The notes under the pieces were generated by a model. It had not been told where the DNA came from. It saw only the letters and a list, made by a program, of their open reading frames with translations, and ran no database searches. The translations under genes were made by a program, and so were the position numbers. Shown here piece by piece: positions 24,116-36,105 of a DNA stretch of 43,482 nt (positions are counted from its first letter, which is position 1; every line of letters begins with the position of its first letter). Source of the DNA: Paraglomus brasilianum (lineage: Eukaryota); contig CAJVPI010000197.1 of the NCBI GenBank assembly GCA_910592345.1, positions 1 through 43,482 of the forward strand, in the 5' to 3' direction.

Positions 24116-27099
24116 ATGAGCGTCTTTGAACGGTTTTTGAATGCCTTTAGAGTACGTTCGAATGCTGAAACCATAGAAATCGATAACAGTATTCCCGAAT
24201 GTGATCGCTCGATTAAACCTTCAAAGACATTGGACGACGGAGAATCGATATACTCAAATCTTAATCATATACCATACTCGGAATTTACAAATATAAACCC
24301 TATTCAAAAAAACCACGGAAAGACCAACAAATATTTCCTCAGTCAAAAAATTTATGATGCCGCACATAATCGACAATGGCGTGAAGCAGAAAGCGTAATT
24401 CTACTGTCATTTGGAAAACGTGACAATTGCACACAGGAATTTGCTAGGATGTATTCAATCCCGACACACATGTACGAAAATCCTCCTAATCTTGACCAGT
24501 TCAAAAGATACCCAACGTGGCTTAAAGATCGCAATCGGCTGATCAAGGGGTTTACAACGCATCAAGATGATTACTACTTGGTTGTTAAAAAAAAGTTTTA
24601 TCACTATTATTCCCTGTACGGGTTCTGCTCTGCATGCGGAATTCTCCGATGTAGTCCAATTTGGTGTATCTGTGGCCACAAAGAGCTAGCAGATGAATGG
24701 ACGAGCAACAATGCAAAACTTGACGAGTTTATTAGAGAGTCTCAGAAGCAGACAAAGTCGGCCAATGAAGCCTACTTGGAATGGATTCCGTTCGAGTGGG
24801 TTACAATTGACTCTTCAGATGACCTTGGTGACACAGCTTGTTCCGATAAATGTATTGTTAGCCAAACTAACACTCAACGCCACCCAAACGCGTGGCCTAT
24901 CAACAAAAATAATCTCGATAAGTTTACTAAGGAGCTACCCAGACGTATTCCTTATGAACTGAGCGAAATTTATTCACTAAACAACAGAAACAATACTTAC
25001 TATTTAGATCAGCACACATTAACTAATAACGGTGGTACCCAACGATATTCAAATGCTGAATTTGTTAGTGGAATATCTACTCACTGCGACGTGGAATTGC
25101 TACCGGTTAAGATTCAGGACGAAACAAATGACTCAAATTATCAAATGGTGAGTAACATGTAAACACATTCAAACTTGCTATAACGATTCAATAACCCACA
25201 ACTAAACATTAATAATTTTTCACTAGTTGTGTCATGACCATCCTGACATGCTCAATCGAAAAGTTTGGATTACCGTTGGGTTTACTTATCACACAGAGTC
25301 GAAATATGCCATAGTCAAGGTTGTTTCTAAATGGGACTCGTGTAATGTTGGATTATGTCTGTCATGCCTAGACTACTTGCATCCCAACATCAACGCATTC
25401 TGTCTAAAGTGTAAAGCACCAAGGCCACTCGATTGGACCACTGGTAATAAAAAGTTGGACTCGTTTATAATGAAATCGTGGGACAATGTGGATACTAAGG
25501 CGGATGGTTATGTACAGTGGATTGAGTTTTCTCAATTAAAAACGATCCAAAGGGTAGTACAACTAGGGCATAAATGTACGCATACAGCCGATTGGTTAGA
25601 AGATATAGCTAATCAGACTCAATTGAGAAAGGTTATGTTTAAGAAGATAGTCGATGGACCAAACGCTCATGCCTTTGATTTTTATCAGGTAAGCTGCTCC
25701 CGCGTAGAAAATAACATGGATGCTTTCTAAAATTAACGAGTATCGATGTTTGAATTAACTTCCTCCTTACTTAATAGCTAACTGAAGAATATCCGGAGAT
25801 ATTAACTCCACACAATCTTTGGATTGTTGGCATCACTCAAGAGCCAAGATCCAGAGATTATTATCTGGTGTTCCATTACAGCATGAATTCAGTTTTAGAC
25901 AGATTCCTTCAGACTATTAATATAAACTCATTCGATTCTCGGCTAGAATTCAAAATTATGCAATACGAAGACTTCTGGGGATTTAAAGAGATAGGGTCTG
26001 GCAGCCATGGAACAGTTTATACCGCCAGGTGTAAACACCTCTATAAATCTTCGTCAAACTGCGCTGTTCTAAAGAGTTTGAACAACTTTAATCAAATAAT
26101 TGGATCATTTATTTCAGAGGTAAGCAATTCTACTAGATTAGCGTTAATGGTTGAAGCAGAGTTTAAATATTTTATTATCTTATATGTAGGTCAGAAATCA
26201 TGCCAGATGCTCAACGTCCGAGATTAACTTTCTTAAAATCTATGGGGTCACACGGCACCCAACGACAGGTGACTACTTGATCGTCATGGAGTATGCTAAC
26301 GATGGCAACCTATTTTCCTTTTTAGTACAAAACATTAACAAGCTGACGTGGTGGACGAAATTACAGCTGTTGGATGACATTGCAAATCGTTTACAGAGCA
26401 TTCATGATATGGGATTGATACATTGCGACCTCCATGGAGGGAACATTGTCTTAAATAATAAGAATAGAGAAGAGGCAAAACTAGATGTTGACATAAGCAA
26501 GCCATTTATATGTGATCTTGGACTATCCAAATCTGCTCACTTGTCGTCAGACTCTGCAACAATTGAAGGTGTTTTACCTTATACCGCGCCCGAGGTCCTC
26601 TCCACTCGCAAATTTTCGCAAAAATCAGACATCTATTCCTTTGGCATTCTTATGTACCAGATAGCGAGTGGCGAGCCACCTTTCCGGGATCGCTTGTCAG
26701 ACAACGATTTAGCAAGCGATATCTACAATGGACTGAGACCAACAATGCCTGGTTCAGCGCCCGAGTCATACAAAAGACTTGCTGAGAGGTGTTGTGACGC
26801 TAATCCTAGCGAGCGTCCAGATTCCTCAGAGCTAAAAAAGTACATCCAGAACAATCTTGTTCCCGAAGCGTTGAAGAATGACAGCAGCGAGTGGTTTACC
26901 ATTTACCACAATGAGAATGTACAAGAAATGTCCCCTATTGAGAAGGAGAGAAGTTATTCTAGTAAATGTTTGCCTAAAGTTAATTTTAATTACAGGTATG
27001 AAACAATAGATTATATTGTGTGTTGAATGATAACGAAACTCGATTATATTCTGGAATATTAACGCCAATGTATTCTTGCACTGACTGGTCAGTGAGTGA
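24116..27099 (+). CDS. Glomeromycotina-type TKL protein kinase, paralog of 12287-14975
   Basis: Exons 24116-25147, 25227-25688, 25778-26119, 26190-26995 and a probable micro last exon to 27099 (alternative read-through stop at 27026). Intron positions match the paralog. Motifs GSGSHGTVY, AVLK, IHCDLHGGNI, DLGLS, YTAPE, KSDIYSFGILM, and N-terminal YGFCSACGILRCSPIWCICGHKEL. Confidence 0.88.
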
Positions 27100-28694
27100 C
27101 TCGTATAATTGATCCTGTGATCCAAGGAGTTACGCTCAAACTTCTATGTATATATTTGCTTCTCTTAGAGTATCTGCAAAACCAAAACTCAGATTGTTGT
27201 AAATACTATACCATATTTTGACGTTGGAGCAGATAAACTCGTGTAAATACAAATTGCAATAAAAAGTTTTTGTTTTTTGTTTTGTTTTTTCTTTTAAATA
27301 ATGGCATGTTAAAATTAAGAGGAGTAAGAGCTTGGACAATGTTTGTTCTTCTACCGAGTAAGGGTACCCGACATAATTTTTAATTAACTACTAACCAGTT
27401 ACCGACGCGTCTTATTCACTTACAACGAAAAAATAACAAGTTGCATAACGGCAGTTAACTATAAAAATAAACTTCTAGTTTAAAATGTTTAATAGTTCGA
27501 ATAACATAAAAATCCAATGAGTTATAAACGGGTTTGACTTATCCACTCATAGTCTTGAAAACGACAATCTTTCTTTAGTGTAAATTCTTGGTTATATTAA
27601 TATGTACGTTTCCATATTACTGTATTATACACGAAACAATTAACCTCTGTAAGAAGACAGTCGTAATAAAATTTAAAACTCGTTCCTCCCGAAATTTTAC
27701 GTGACTGACACTGGACATCATCGGGTTCCAAATTTCATAGTCGCCATTATACTATGTTGATCTCTCACTCTCATATAAGCTGGACAATTCAACTTTTGAC
27801 TAAAGGTATAAAGTAATGTCTTCCGAGAGTTTTATATTAATTGCAACAAGACATCTATTTTCAAAGCGGAAAGTCCTGGCAAAAATTAAATAACTCGAAA
27901 ATTTGTCCAGCAAAGAGATAGTTGATTTCTTTCAGCAGTAAGCGCACAACCCAGTTTGTTGCAAAAAATTTATCCAAACACGTGATGTCGCTTTGCAGTA
28001 GTTAAAAATTAAAACCGCGATTACTTAGCAGAAGAGAAATCTTCGGCAGTTTGTCAAATATGAAGCTTTCTTCTATTAACTAACGCAATATATACACTTC
28101 GACAATTTGGTGGTAAACGTATAAAATTGTGGAAACAACAATTCAGTGTTTTGAAAGTATTTGTGCTGTTGATCTCGTATTTCTGAAATTAAGGTTAAAA
28201 CTTGGTCAGTTATCCCTCGGTTATGGACTATTTAGTTAATAGTGCTGACTTAAAAAATAAATGGGGTTTAGTGAATTAGTCAGCAATAATAATTGTAAAC
28301 GCTCAATAAATTGATGAGCAAAGTCAGCGTAAAATATTCGATAGAAATACCAGAATTGACTCTAATATTGTAAATTTCGTAGACGACGTTGTGAGCTTGT
28401 ATTAGCTAAAGAATTCAGTATTAATACTGATTATTATATGATATTAATTAACTTTGATAATTCAGCCGATTCAAAAATTGCACCATTCATTTAGTTGACC
28501 ATTCTCTACATAATACAATAATAGGTTGCTAATATGATAATTCACTTCTTCTCGGTGAATACAATCGCAGTCAGACATGTGAGTTGTATACATAATGTTA
28601 CACTGATTACTGGACACAAAATAATAAGGGTATAAACAATACTGTCGTGACTGATAGATTTTATTAGCAGATCGAATAATTTGGCACCTCTAAT

Positions 28695-29226
28695 AAAGAA
28701 TTCTTTAATGTCACTATTACTATAGGTGTTACTAATATCCCAACGTGTTACCAGATAAAAGTGAACACAGCAACAGTGGGGTTATGGTTTAAATTGCGGA
28801 CATCAAAACTTGTCACAAGTCCCCAAAACACTTTTGGTTCAATTAACGAGCGGATTAGACATACCAGTCTGGTGCTTTGATACGACATAATTCCTTTATT
28901 CAACCAGAATAATCATAATCTTGGCGAATTATTCGAGATTGCAGACAAGGTCCAACCAAAAGACAGTTTTAATAATATCACTACTTGATTTTGGTTAATT
29001 TCAGGATAGAACAATAGCATTAGTAACATTTAGCAACCTCGTGAGATTTATCATAAGGCACAGTATGTTACTACACGGTTTGTTTTGGCACACAAGATAG
29101 ACAGAAAGTGGGGGATGGCGTATATCATGTAGTGCGTACTAACCCACATATGCATCTGTGTGGTAGTAAGAAACAGTGAAAGATTCAGGGTTCCGAGCTC
29201 TGCAATTAATTTCCAAGCGATACGTA
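28695..29226 (+). repeat. Left arm of ~500-bp long inverted repeat
   Basis: Reverse complement matches 31486-31992 with small indels. For example CAGGGTTCCGAGCTCTGCAATTAATTTCCAAGCG pairs with CGCTTGGAAATTAATTGCAGAGCTCGGAACCCTG, and CCCAACGTGTTACCAGATAAAAGTGAACACAGC pairs with its reverse complement at ~31912-31944. Confidence 0.93.
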
Positions 29227-29234
29227 TTTGGTCT

Positions 29235-31013
29235 TTTTTATTGAATTATTAATTCGGGTGGATTGTAACATATTAATAGTAGGCATTACTACTATTTTCT
29301 GCGTGATCTCCGGAGAGAATCAATGCTCCAAGGAAGATTCCCCGAGCGCCATTTCATTACAGTCCCACAATTTCAGCACTTGTACATCTTGGACCCTACT
29401 ATTTTTTATTTATTTTTTTTGCAAGTTTTTAAAGTATAGGTCTCATTTTGGATAATAACATGGACCTAATTCTTCTGCTTTAGCCGCCAGACGTTGGTGA
29501 AATTGATAGTGGGCCCAACAGATCATTTTACGAACGGGTTTCGTATTATCTTTCTTGTTTTTCGATTTACCATATTCGATACCTCGAAAGGAGGGATGAA
29601 ATTCGCGAGTAAAAAAATGCGACATTCTTTTTATGAACTTCACTTTGCAAGTGTTCGATTTTTCGTCGCATCTGAAAGATTGCCTTATCAAGTCGCAAGG
29701 CCTTTTCTTCAGCCAGCTTGTCCTTTATAGAAAGAAGATTATCCATATGTTTGCATAAACAAATAATTCAATGTCGTATTGGCCAGCCTTTAGTAGGAGA
29801 GTAACATGTGAGGGGTGTACGAATGTCAAGGTCAATGGAAATTGCATCAGAACCATCCGCTTGGGTTTCGCAGAGTTGTTTTGCGTCTCGTAAATCCATG
29901 AAAGTTTCCATTCATTAGTTTTGCGAATATATGTGATCTTGCAATCGGACGTTATTCTGTGAGGAACAGACCACTTATTATTATGCTTTTTTTTTTCGAA
30001 ATGAAAAGGTGGTTGATCCTATATTATTATTATGGTTAATTATCTTGTCTCTAAAATTAGTTAAAAAAAAACAAAAACAACAATCATACCTAGCAGTTAA
30101 TACTTCATCAATCGCTTCATCGATAATGTTTGCAGGCGCTTTGCCATGTGTACCTTGAAGCAGCATTCCAATATGCACAACATTTGCGTTCACCCCATAC
30201 GCATGATTTTTGAAGTCTCATTAACCTACAGTATAACGCTTAAACTTATCTTTAATAGGTTGAGATTTTATCCAAACCCGTCGTGATGGACCATTAATAT
30301 GTGAATCTTTGGTATAGAAACGGCAGTATCGACTCCAGCGGACAACTGCATTATAAACATATCTCGACAAGCCCATCCACCGTTTTAATAGCTGCTTTTA
30401 AAGGTGACTTAGGTATACTTTGATTAGCAGCGTATGATTGAGAGCTTCCAAGTGTTGTCGTTTGTTGCGTGCTGCTGTTGTCCTTATCTTGCGCTTTTTT
30501 CCTGGTTTGGGGTTCTCGTCGGGCGACTCTTATTCCTTGTTTAATTGCAAGGATATCTTGGGAAAGTTCGAGGTCGCTTCGTTGACGAGAACCATGAGTT
30601 TTGTAGATGGGAGAAGTGGATGAGGTTGTGGCAGAGTCGGTCACAATGGGTAACTACAATTTCTGAGACCATGTCGTTCCAATAAGGTCTTAAGTTCGTA
30701 GGGGGAGTTGACGAGTTCGTAGGGACGAGTTTGTGCCTCTTTTCGCTTGAACCCCTTTTTTAGTGGTGGTGGTGGTATTAGCATTGAGGAGAGAGTTTAT
30801 GTGTTTACAATTTTGAATATTTGCTTATTTTCAATAAGCGAAAAATTGCAATGGTTAAAGAATTTGGGGGATTATGTCTTTAAATATGTTTATGGCTGTC
30901 GGTATTTGAATGGCGAAACCGAGAACGCGCATAAAACATGCAATCTCATATGGAGCCTGTGCTTGCATTGAATGAGGCTATTGTCTACCTACTACGAGCA
31001 TACAACTCTCTCG
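29235..31013 (-). mobile_element. Decayed Fanzor/TnpB (Fanzor2-like) element, copy 2, between long inverted repeats
   Basis: KVYLSHL...KRWMGLSRYVYNAVVRWS (HTH), GKAPANIIDEAIDEVLTA, AISIDLDIRTPLTCYSPTKG (RuvC-I), KMICWAHYQFHQRLAAKAEELG, NGARGIFL. Many indels. Homologous to 20320-22334. Confidence 0.85.
29270..29335 (-). ncRNA. Putative omega-RNA scaffold remnant at the 3' end of Fanzor copy 2
   Basis: The minus strand has hairpin TGATTCTC-TCCG-GAGATCA followed by a perfect 8-bp stem AATAGTAG-TAATGC-CTACTATT (29275-29296) right after the RuvC-III coding region. AATGCCTACTATT is retained in copy 1. The omega-RNA role is inferred from position. Confidence 0.45.
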
Positions 31014-31485
31014 GCAATACCAAGGCAAATCCGTCCGAGTGAGGAATGATTACCCGACCATAAAGGCTCCAAAGATACAGTGCGTGAAAAAAATTTTTGG
31101 AATAAAATGCACAAACTTTATTTCTTCCAAAATGCGCGTCTAATCAAAACAGTCAACTAATACGTTTTGTGCGTTCTATTCCTATGTATGTAACCGACAA
31201 AAAAACTCGGTCACGTTACTTGTGTCATTTGTTTTATTTGTTTACACTATTCATGTTGTTATTAAAAATACAACGACAGGGTTTTGATTGATTTAACAAT
31301 GAGAATTTTACTGCACGCCATGCCGCTGCCCCCCTATTATGCAATACAGCTCCCGCAGAAAATTTTCATTGATCACGTCCATGCATTTCCTCACACGATT
31401 GTCATGAATCTGACAAGTCGGTCACATGATTTTATTTTCACGTGATTAATTGTATCCCGGAGAAATAATTTATTGATTATTATTA

Positions 31486-31992
31486 TACGTACCCGCTTGG
31501 AAATTAATTGCAGAGCTCGGAACCCTGAAATTTTTCACTACCGCACCCGATCCAGATGAGTGCTACATGATGTACGACATACCAATACCCTGTCTATCTT
31601 GTGTGCCAAAACAAACCGTGAAATACTGTGCCTTATGATAAACCTCACAGGGGTTGCTACAATGTTACTTATGCTATTGTTCTATCTAAAAGCTGTCTTT
31701 GGTTGGAACTTGTCCGCAATCTCGAATAATTCGCCAAGATTATGATTGTTCTGGTTGAATAATGGAATTATGTCGTATCAAAGCACTAGACTGGTATGTC
31801 TCGTTAATTGACCCAATTCGCAATCAAAGGTGTTTCGGAATTATTACAAAAGTGTTTGGGGGACTTGTGACAGGTTTTGATGTCCGCAATTTAAACCATA
31901 ACCCACTGTTTGCTGTGTTCACTTTTATCTGGTAACACGTTGGGATCGCAATCTTTATTAGTAACACCTATAGTGACATTAAAGAATTCTTT
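31486..31992 (-). repeat. Right arm of ~500-bp long inverted repeat
   Basis: Reverse complement of 28695-29226. Both outer ends carry the palindrome AAAGAATTCTTT and both inner ends carry TACGTA. Confidence 0.93.
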
Positions 31993-32348
31993 CGGCGTGA
32001 GAAAATAATAAACCCCAGAGGGAGGCAAGACAATTGGAGAATTGGAACGCTAAATTGATACTAGCCAAGACGAGAATAATCTTATTTGATAAGCGGCACA
32101 TAAACAAAGTGTGCGTAATAACTTTTAATTGCATAGATATCGATGGGCCGTGATGAATAAAATATGGGGTAGTCCAATTGTACAATAAGCCCTAAAAATA
32201 TTTATGGCATAAAAGTGAAATTCACAATAACTCTAACGGCCGATTGATTCATATTAAAGGGCGTAATATGCAAAATACTTATATATCATACCACATACAG
32301 CTTATAACAACAATATATACAATTTTTTATCTCACATAACTCGCGAAA

Positions 32349-33760
32349 ATGCCACCAAGAGGCTTCAAAAAGGATGATGACTACAACCCATATGCATTTC
32401 GCCTCCCCCATTCGCTGCAATGGCACGGTTCAGTCATCCCACGAGTCTTCCCCTCGACTGTTGTCTGTCTTGCCGTTGCTGTCGCAGTCACATGTATTAA
32501 TGAGTTGACCGATATCAATATTACTATACCTCAAATGCTTATAACAGTCATTGGTTTCGTTGTTGCTTTGCTACTGACCTATCGCACGAATACAGCATAC
32601 GACAGGTAATTCAGCGTCAAATGGAGATATGTAATTATATTGAAATTCCCCGTACGATTTGGCTGAACGATCAATCTTTTCACATTCACAGATACTGGGA
32701 GGGTCGTCGTCTTTGGTCTAATCTGACGGTTGCAGTGCGCAACACGGCACGCGTAATCTGGATTAGTATCAGAGAGGAGAATGCCACCATAATCCTCGAG
32801 AAAAAAACTGCACTAAATCTCCTCGCTGGTTTCGCCGTTGCCACTAAACACTACCTCAGAGAAGAGGATGGCTGCGAATTCGAGGATCTCAAACCTCTTA
32901 TCTCTAACATTCGTTCTACTTTGCCTGGATTTGAACCGCTCGAGGACCAAGATAAGGTCTCGGAATTAGTGCGTCTGGGTGCTGGGCCCAACACTCTTAA
33001 TAAACTGTTCAAGAGACAGCGCAAACCCCATGAGAGGAAAAAGGGAGAGCTTGCACCAATCAATCACAATCTACCACTTGAAATCCTGCTTTATCTCGCT
33101 AGTTACTTTGCCGCGCAGAGTGATGCCAAACGTATCGGCGTTCCTGCTGCCAATGCTTTAGGCAATGGTCTTGCACAATTGACCGATTGTTTAACTCATT
33201 TCGAAAGGATTTTGCGATCACCTATTCCAGTCGCATATTCCATCCATTTGTCGCAGACAGTCTGGATCTACTGTCTCAGTCTTCCATTCCAATTTGTAGC
33301 ATCATTGCATTGGGCAACTATTCCATTAGTGTTTCTCGCATCGTTTGTTTTATTGGGTATCGAGAAAATTGGTGGCGAGATTGAGAATCCGTTTGGGTAT
33401 GATGAGAACGACTTGGATCTGGATGATTTCTGCAAGTAAGTGTCGACAGAGAGAGATTGGCGAGTTGGTACTTGAAATGGTGGTATAGAATTCGAACTAT
33501 ACAAGCTTGCATGCATTTGGACTAATTTATTGACATTCTCTCATTGCAGCTTAATTATACGTGAACTCGATACAATCACAGCCAATCCGCCACCTTCAGT
33601 TGATGACTGGATATTTGCTCCAGAGAATCATCCATTTGGTCCTCAAGGCGTGACTGCCGAGGAAGCACGCAAATTGTCATTGGAGGATGTCCGTGTACTG
33701 CTGGATACAAGTGCACAGGAAAAAAGGAATTCATCTGAGATTAAGATTGAAACTAAATGA
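32349..33760 (+). CDS. Bestrophin-family anion channel, bacterial/fungal UPF0187 (YneE-like) type, 3 exons
   Basis: Exons 32349-32605, 32692-33435, 33550-33760. Motifs GSVIPRV, IGFVVALLLTYRTNTAYDRYWEGRRLW, ERILRSPIPVAYSIHL, IGGEIENPFGYDENDLDLD. Confidence 0.93.
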
Positions 33761-34189
33761 TCGAAGATACCAATTACAAGCTTGTATAGTATATCATTCG
33801 TAGAATTTAATTATAATAAATAAAAGAAAACAAGCAAAAGCAAACGCTGTTACACCTTGTACATTCTCCGCACATAATAGTGATTATGGTAAAGGTGGAA
33901 TGGTTCAAAGGATTACTTCTGAGAGATATCATGTCGTTACAGTTATCTGCAGACTCGTTGTGTATATGTAAATTAGCCATATTTGTTATAACGACTGCGA
34001 GGAGTGAACCACAGAAAGCTATTGTAACCACTCTTTAAGTTTTCTGTTTCTTTACAGGAAGATCTCTAAATCCTTCCGAAGCACCAGGGTAAATTCTATC
34101 AAATTAAATTTTAGCAGTTGCGAATAATTGGTTCTGGGAAGTAAATTTTGTCATTGAGTTTCAATTTACATTATCTCTATCTCCAAACG

Positions 34190-34325
34190 CAACAATGCTG
34201 TGACACTATTAAGACTTTTGGGTCACTTCGGCTAGCTAATTTTGGCTAGTGACTCTTACATTAAAACCTATCATTACTAATAAATTAGTCCTGTCAGGGA
34301 ATAGGCTCCCGCGTCAGCCTAAGCT
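34190..34325 (-). ncRNA. Putative omega-RNA of the IS607/Fanzor element
   Basis: Immediately after the Fanzor stop there are nested complementary segments: TGACA 34201-34205 with TGTCA 34292-34296, AAGACT 34211-34216 with AGTCCT 34287-34292, and inner GTCACT 34222-34227 with AGTGAC 34248-34253. Function inferred from position. Confidence 0.5.
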
Positions 34326-35470
34326 GACTCCTTTTTTGTAAGATGTCGAAGAAGAATATTGCGGGCACCATTAATATCTCTATCGAGGTCTGTTTTACAT
34401 TGGGGACAGCAAAACACCCAAGTTTTACTAGTGTATGGATGCTCACGTGCCTTATGGATCAATGCTGTTGAAAGCGATAATGTACATGGCTCGAGCAGTC
34501 TTGGAATTAATACGTCGTTGTCCACGTCGGACCATTCCTTGAGTTATTATGCGATAATTTTCACAAAGCCATTGAGCTAGTTTATGATGACAATTATCCA
34601 CAAAACAACGGATCCTCTTGTGAATGCGTAACATAATCTACAATTGAAAGTAGTATATATGTTAAATATTAAATAATTTAGTTAATAAATTTTACCTGTA
34701 ACGGTTTCGCTTATTTTTTTTCCATGAATACAGTCGCGTTTACTTTGAAGCTTGTCGCATGCATGGCTTAATCGATAAATTCGGCCAATGTCATTTTTAC
34801 CCCACTCAACAGCTACTCCACTTGGATCATAACCTGTCATGAATGTACGTACACCTGGATCCAGAGAAATCCCTCCTATTAAATTATTAGATATATAATA
34901 TAATAAAAAAATTATATCAATACCTTTTGAGATATAGGGCCTTGGTTTTCAGCCCGTATTCAAGTGGTCTGGGTATACAAAGATAATATTCCTCAAGTCT
35001 ATTCATAACAAGGCGGCTATCATATTCAAGCTTATATGGGAGAGGTTCTGTTGACTTGATTCCACGAGATTTGCCCCAGTGTTTAGAAAGTATCGTAATT
35101 GACTGTTGAGGATCCTTTTTTGAACGGAGCTTCATCTTGAATTTTTTACGATTGGCAGCAAAATTGGAAGAATATCCTTTAAGCAAGTCGTTCATTACTT
35201 CATCGCGAATGTCGTAGGGAGTTTCAAGAACCCATTTAAGTTCGGTATCATTGAAGTTTTGGCGTTGGCGCGTAGATCCTTCTTTTCTCGTTTGACACTT
35301 TCTTTTTCGACGACGGTAAGGCACCAATTGTATGTCCATCGTGCTGTTTCCATCCATCTTCTGAGTTTCAGCCGCTCCTGCTGGTTGGGATAATGCGAAT
35401 ACGTTGTACCTTGCCTGCTGAAGGTTTCTTCACTTCCTTTTTGAACCTCTTGGGCAGCTTCTCTTCTTCT
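34319..35470 (-). pseudogene. Fanzor2/TnpB RNA-guided nuclease pseudogene with two spliceosomal-type introns
   Basis: GKVQRIRIIPT..QERLKLRRWMETARWTYNWCL (HTH_OrfB), WVLETPYDIRDE, ENQGP, ISLDPGVRTFMTGYDPSG (RuvC-I), VDNCHHKLAQWLCENY, YTSKT, CPQCKTDLDRDINGARNILLR (Zn finger/RuvC-III). Introns at 34923-34876 and 34695-34638. Several frameshifts and deletions. Confidence 0.9.
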
Positions 35471-36105
35471 TCTGCGATTTGCGGCCGAACTAGTCTATTA
35501 TGTCGCGCCACAAACACTGTGATGATTGTAAGGTCTTCTGCGAGCTCTCCATATTCGCTATCGTTGGTATAAACTTTTGAACCGAGAATCACGAGCCGTG
35601 TCTTTTTTCAAAGATCCACTGGATCCAAAGTGACACAAGCGGTCTTTAGCATATACTCCTTCCAAAAGGGTAACAAAATATCTATCGCGTCTCGTTGATG
35701 CTTTGAACTGACTCTTGCCTTGGCCTTTTGTGTGGGTTGGGCAACCTTTCCGGAGGTGAAATGTGGCTGTGCGAATACATTGGTTCGTTTTGGTTGCTTT
35801 TCGTCTTTAGGGATCGAGGTTTGTTCGTTGTTCGCGTTCATAGCAGATGAATGCTTGATAAAAATAAAAAACAAGCGAGGGACAAGTCTTTTTTATAACA
35901 AATTTGGGCAATGCATAATAATAATAATAATAATGCAGTTGCTAAACTTATATTTGGTAATGAGTTATGCAGATAATTTACAAGCACTCTACACATAATG
36001 CCGACAATACAAAGCAGGAATTTAGTAGATATGGCAACCTTTCCGGAGATGGCCCATCGTCGCAATGTTTCGACCGAGACATCATATGTCTCTTGGTAAT
36101 CTTAT
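35430..36105 (-). pseudogene. IS607-type TnpA serine recombinase pseudogene
   Basis: TYDVSVETLRRWAISGKVA (MerR-like HTH), ARVSSKHQRD (catalytic Ser motif), KDRLCHFGS, SEYGELAEDLTIITVFVARHN and frameshifted SAANRRRRREAAQ. Interrupted by a ~277-bp insert. Confidence 0.85.

Noticed and set aside
32349..33760. Bestrophin as Fanzor cargo or a recent bacterial transfer
   Set aside because: It lies outside the inverted repeats and the IS607 element, has normal introns, and this family is widespread in fungi.
35368..35592. Apparent in-frame TnpA-Fanzor fusion ORF
   Set aside because: A one-base shift after ARHNRL restores a plausible TnpA tail (SAANRRRRREAAQEVQ), so the fusion is most likely a decay frameshift in overlapping ORFs.
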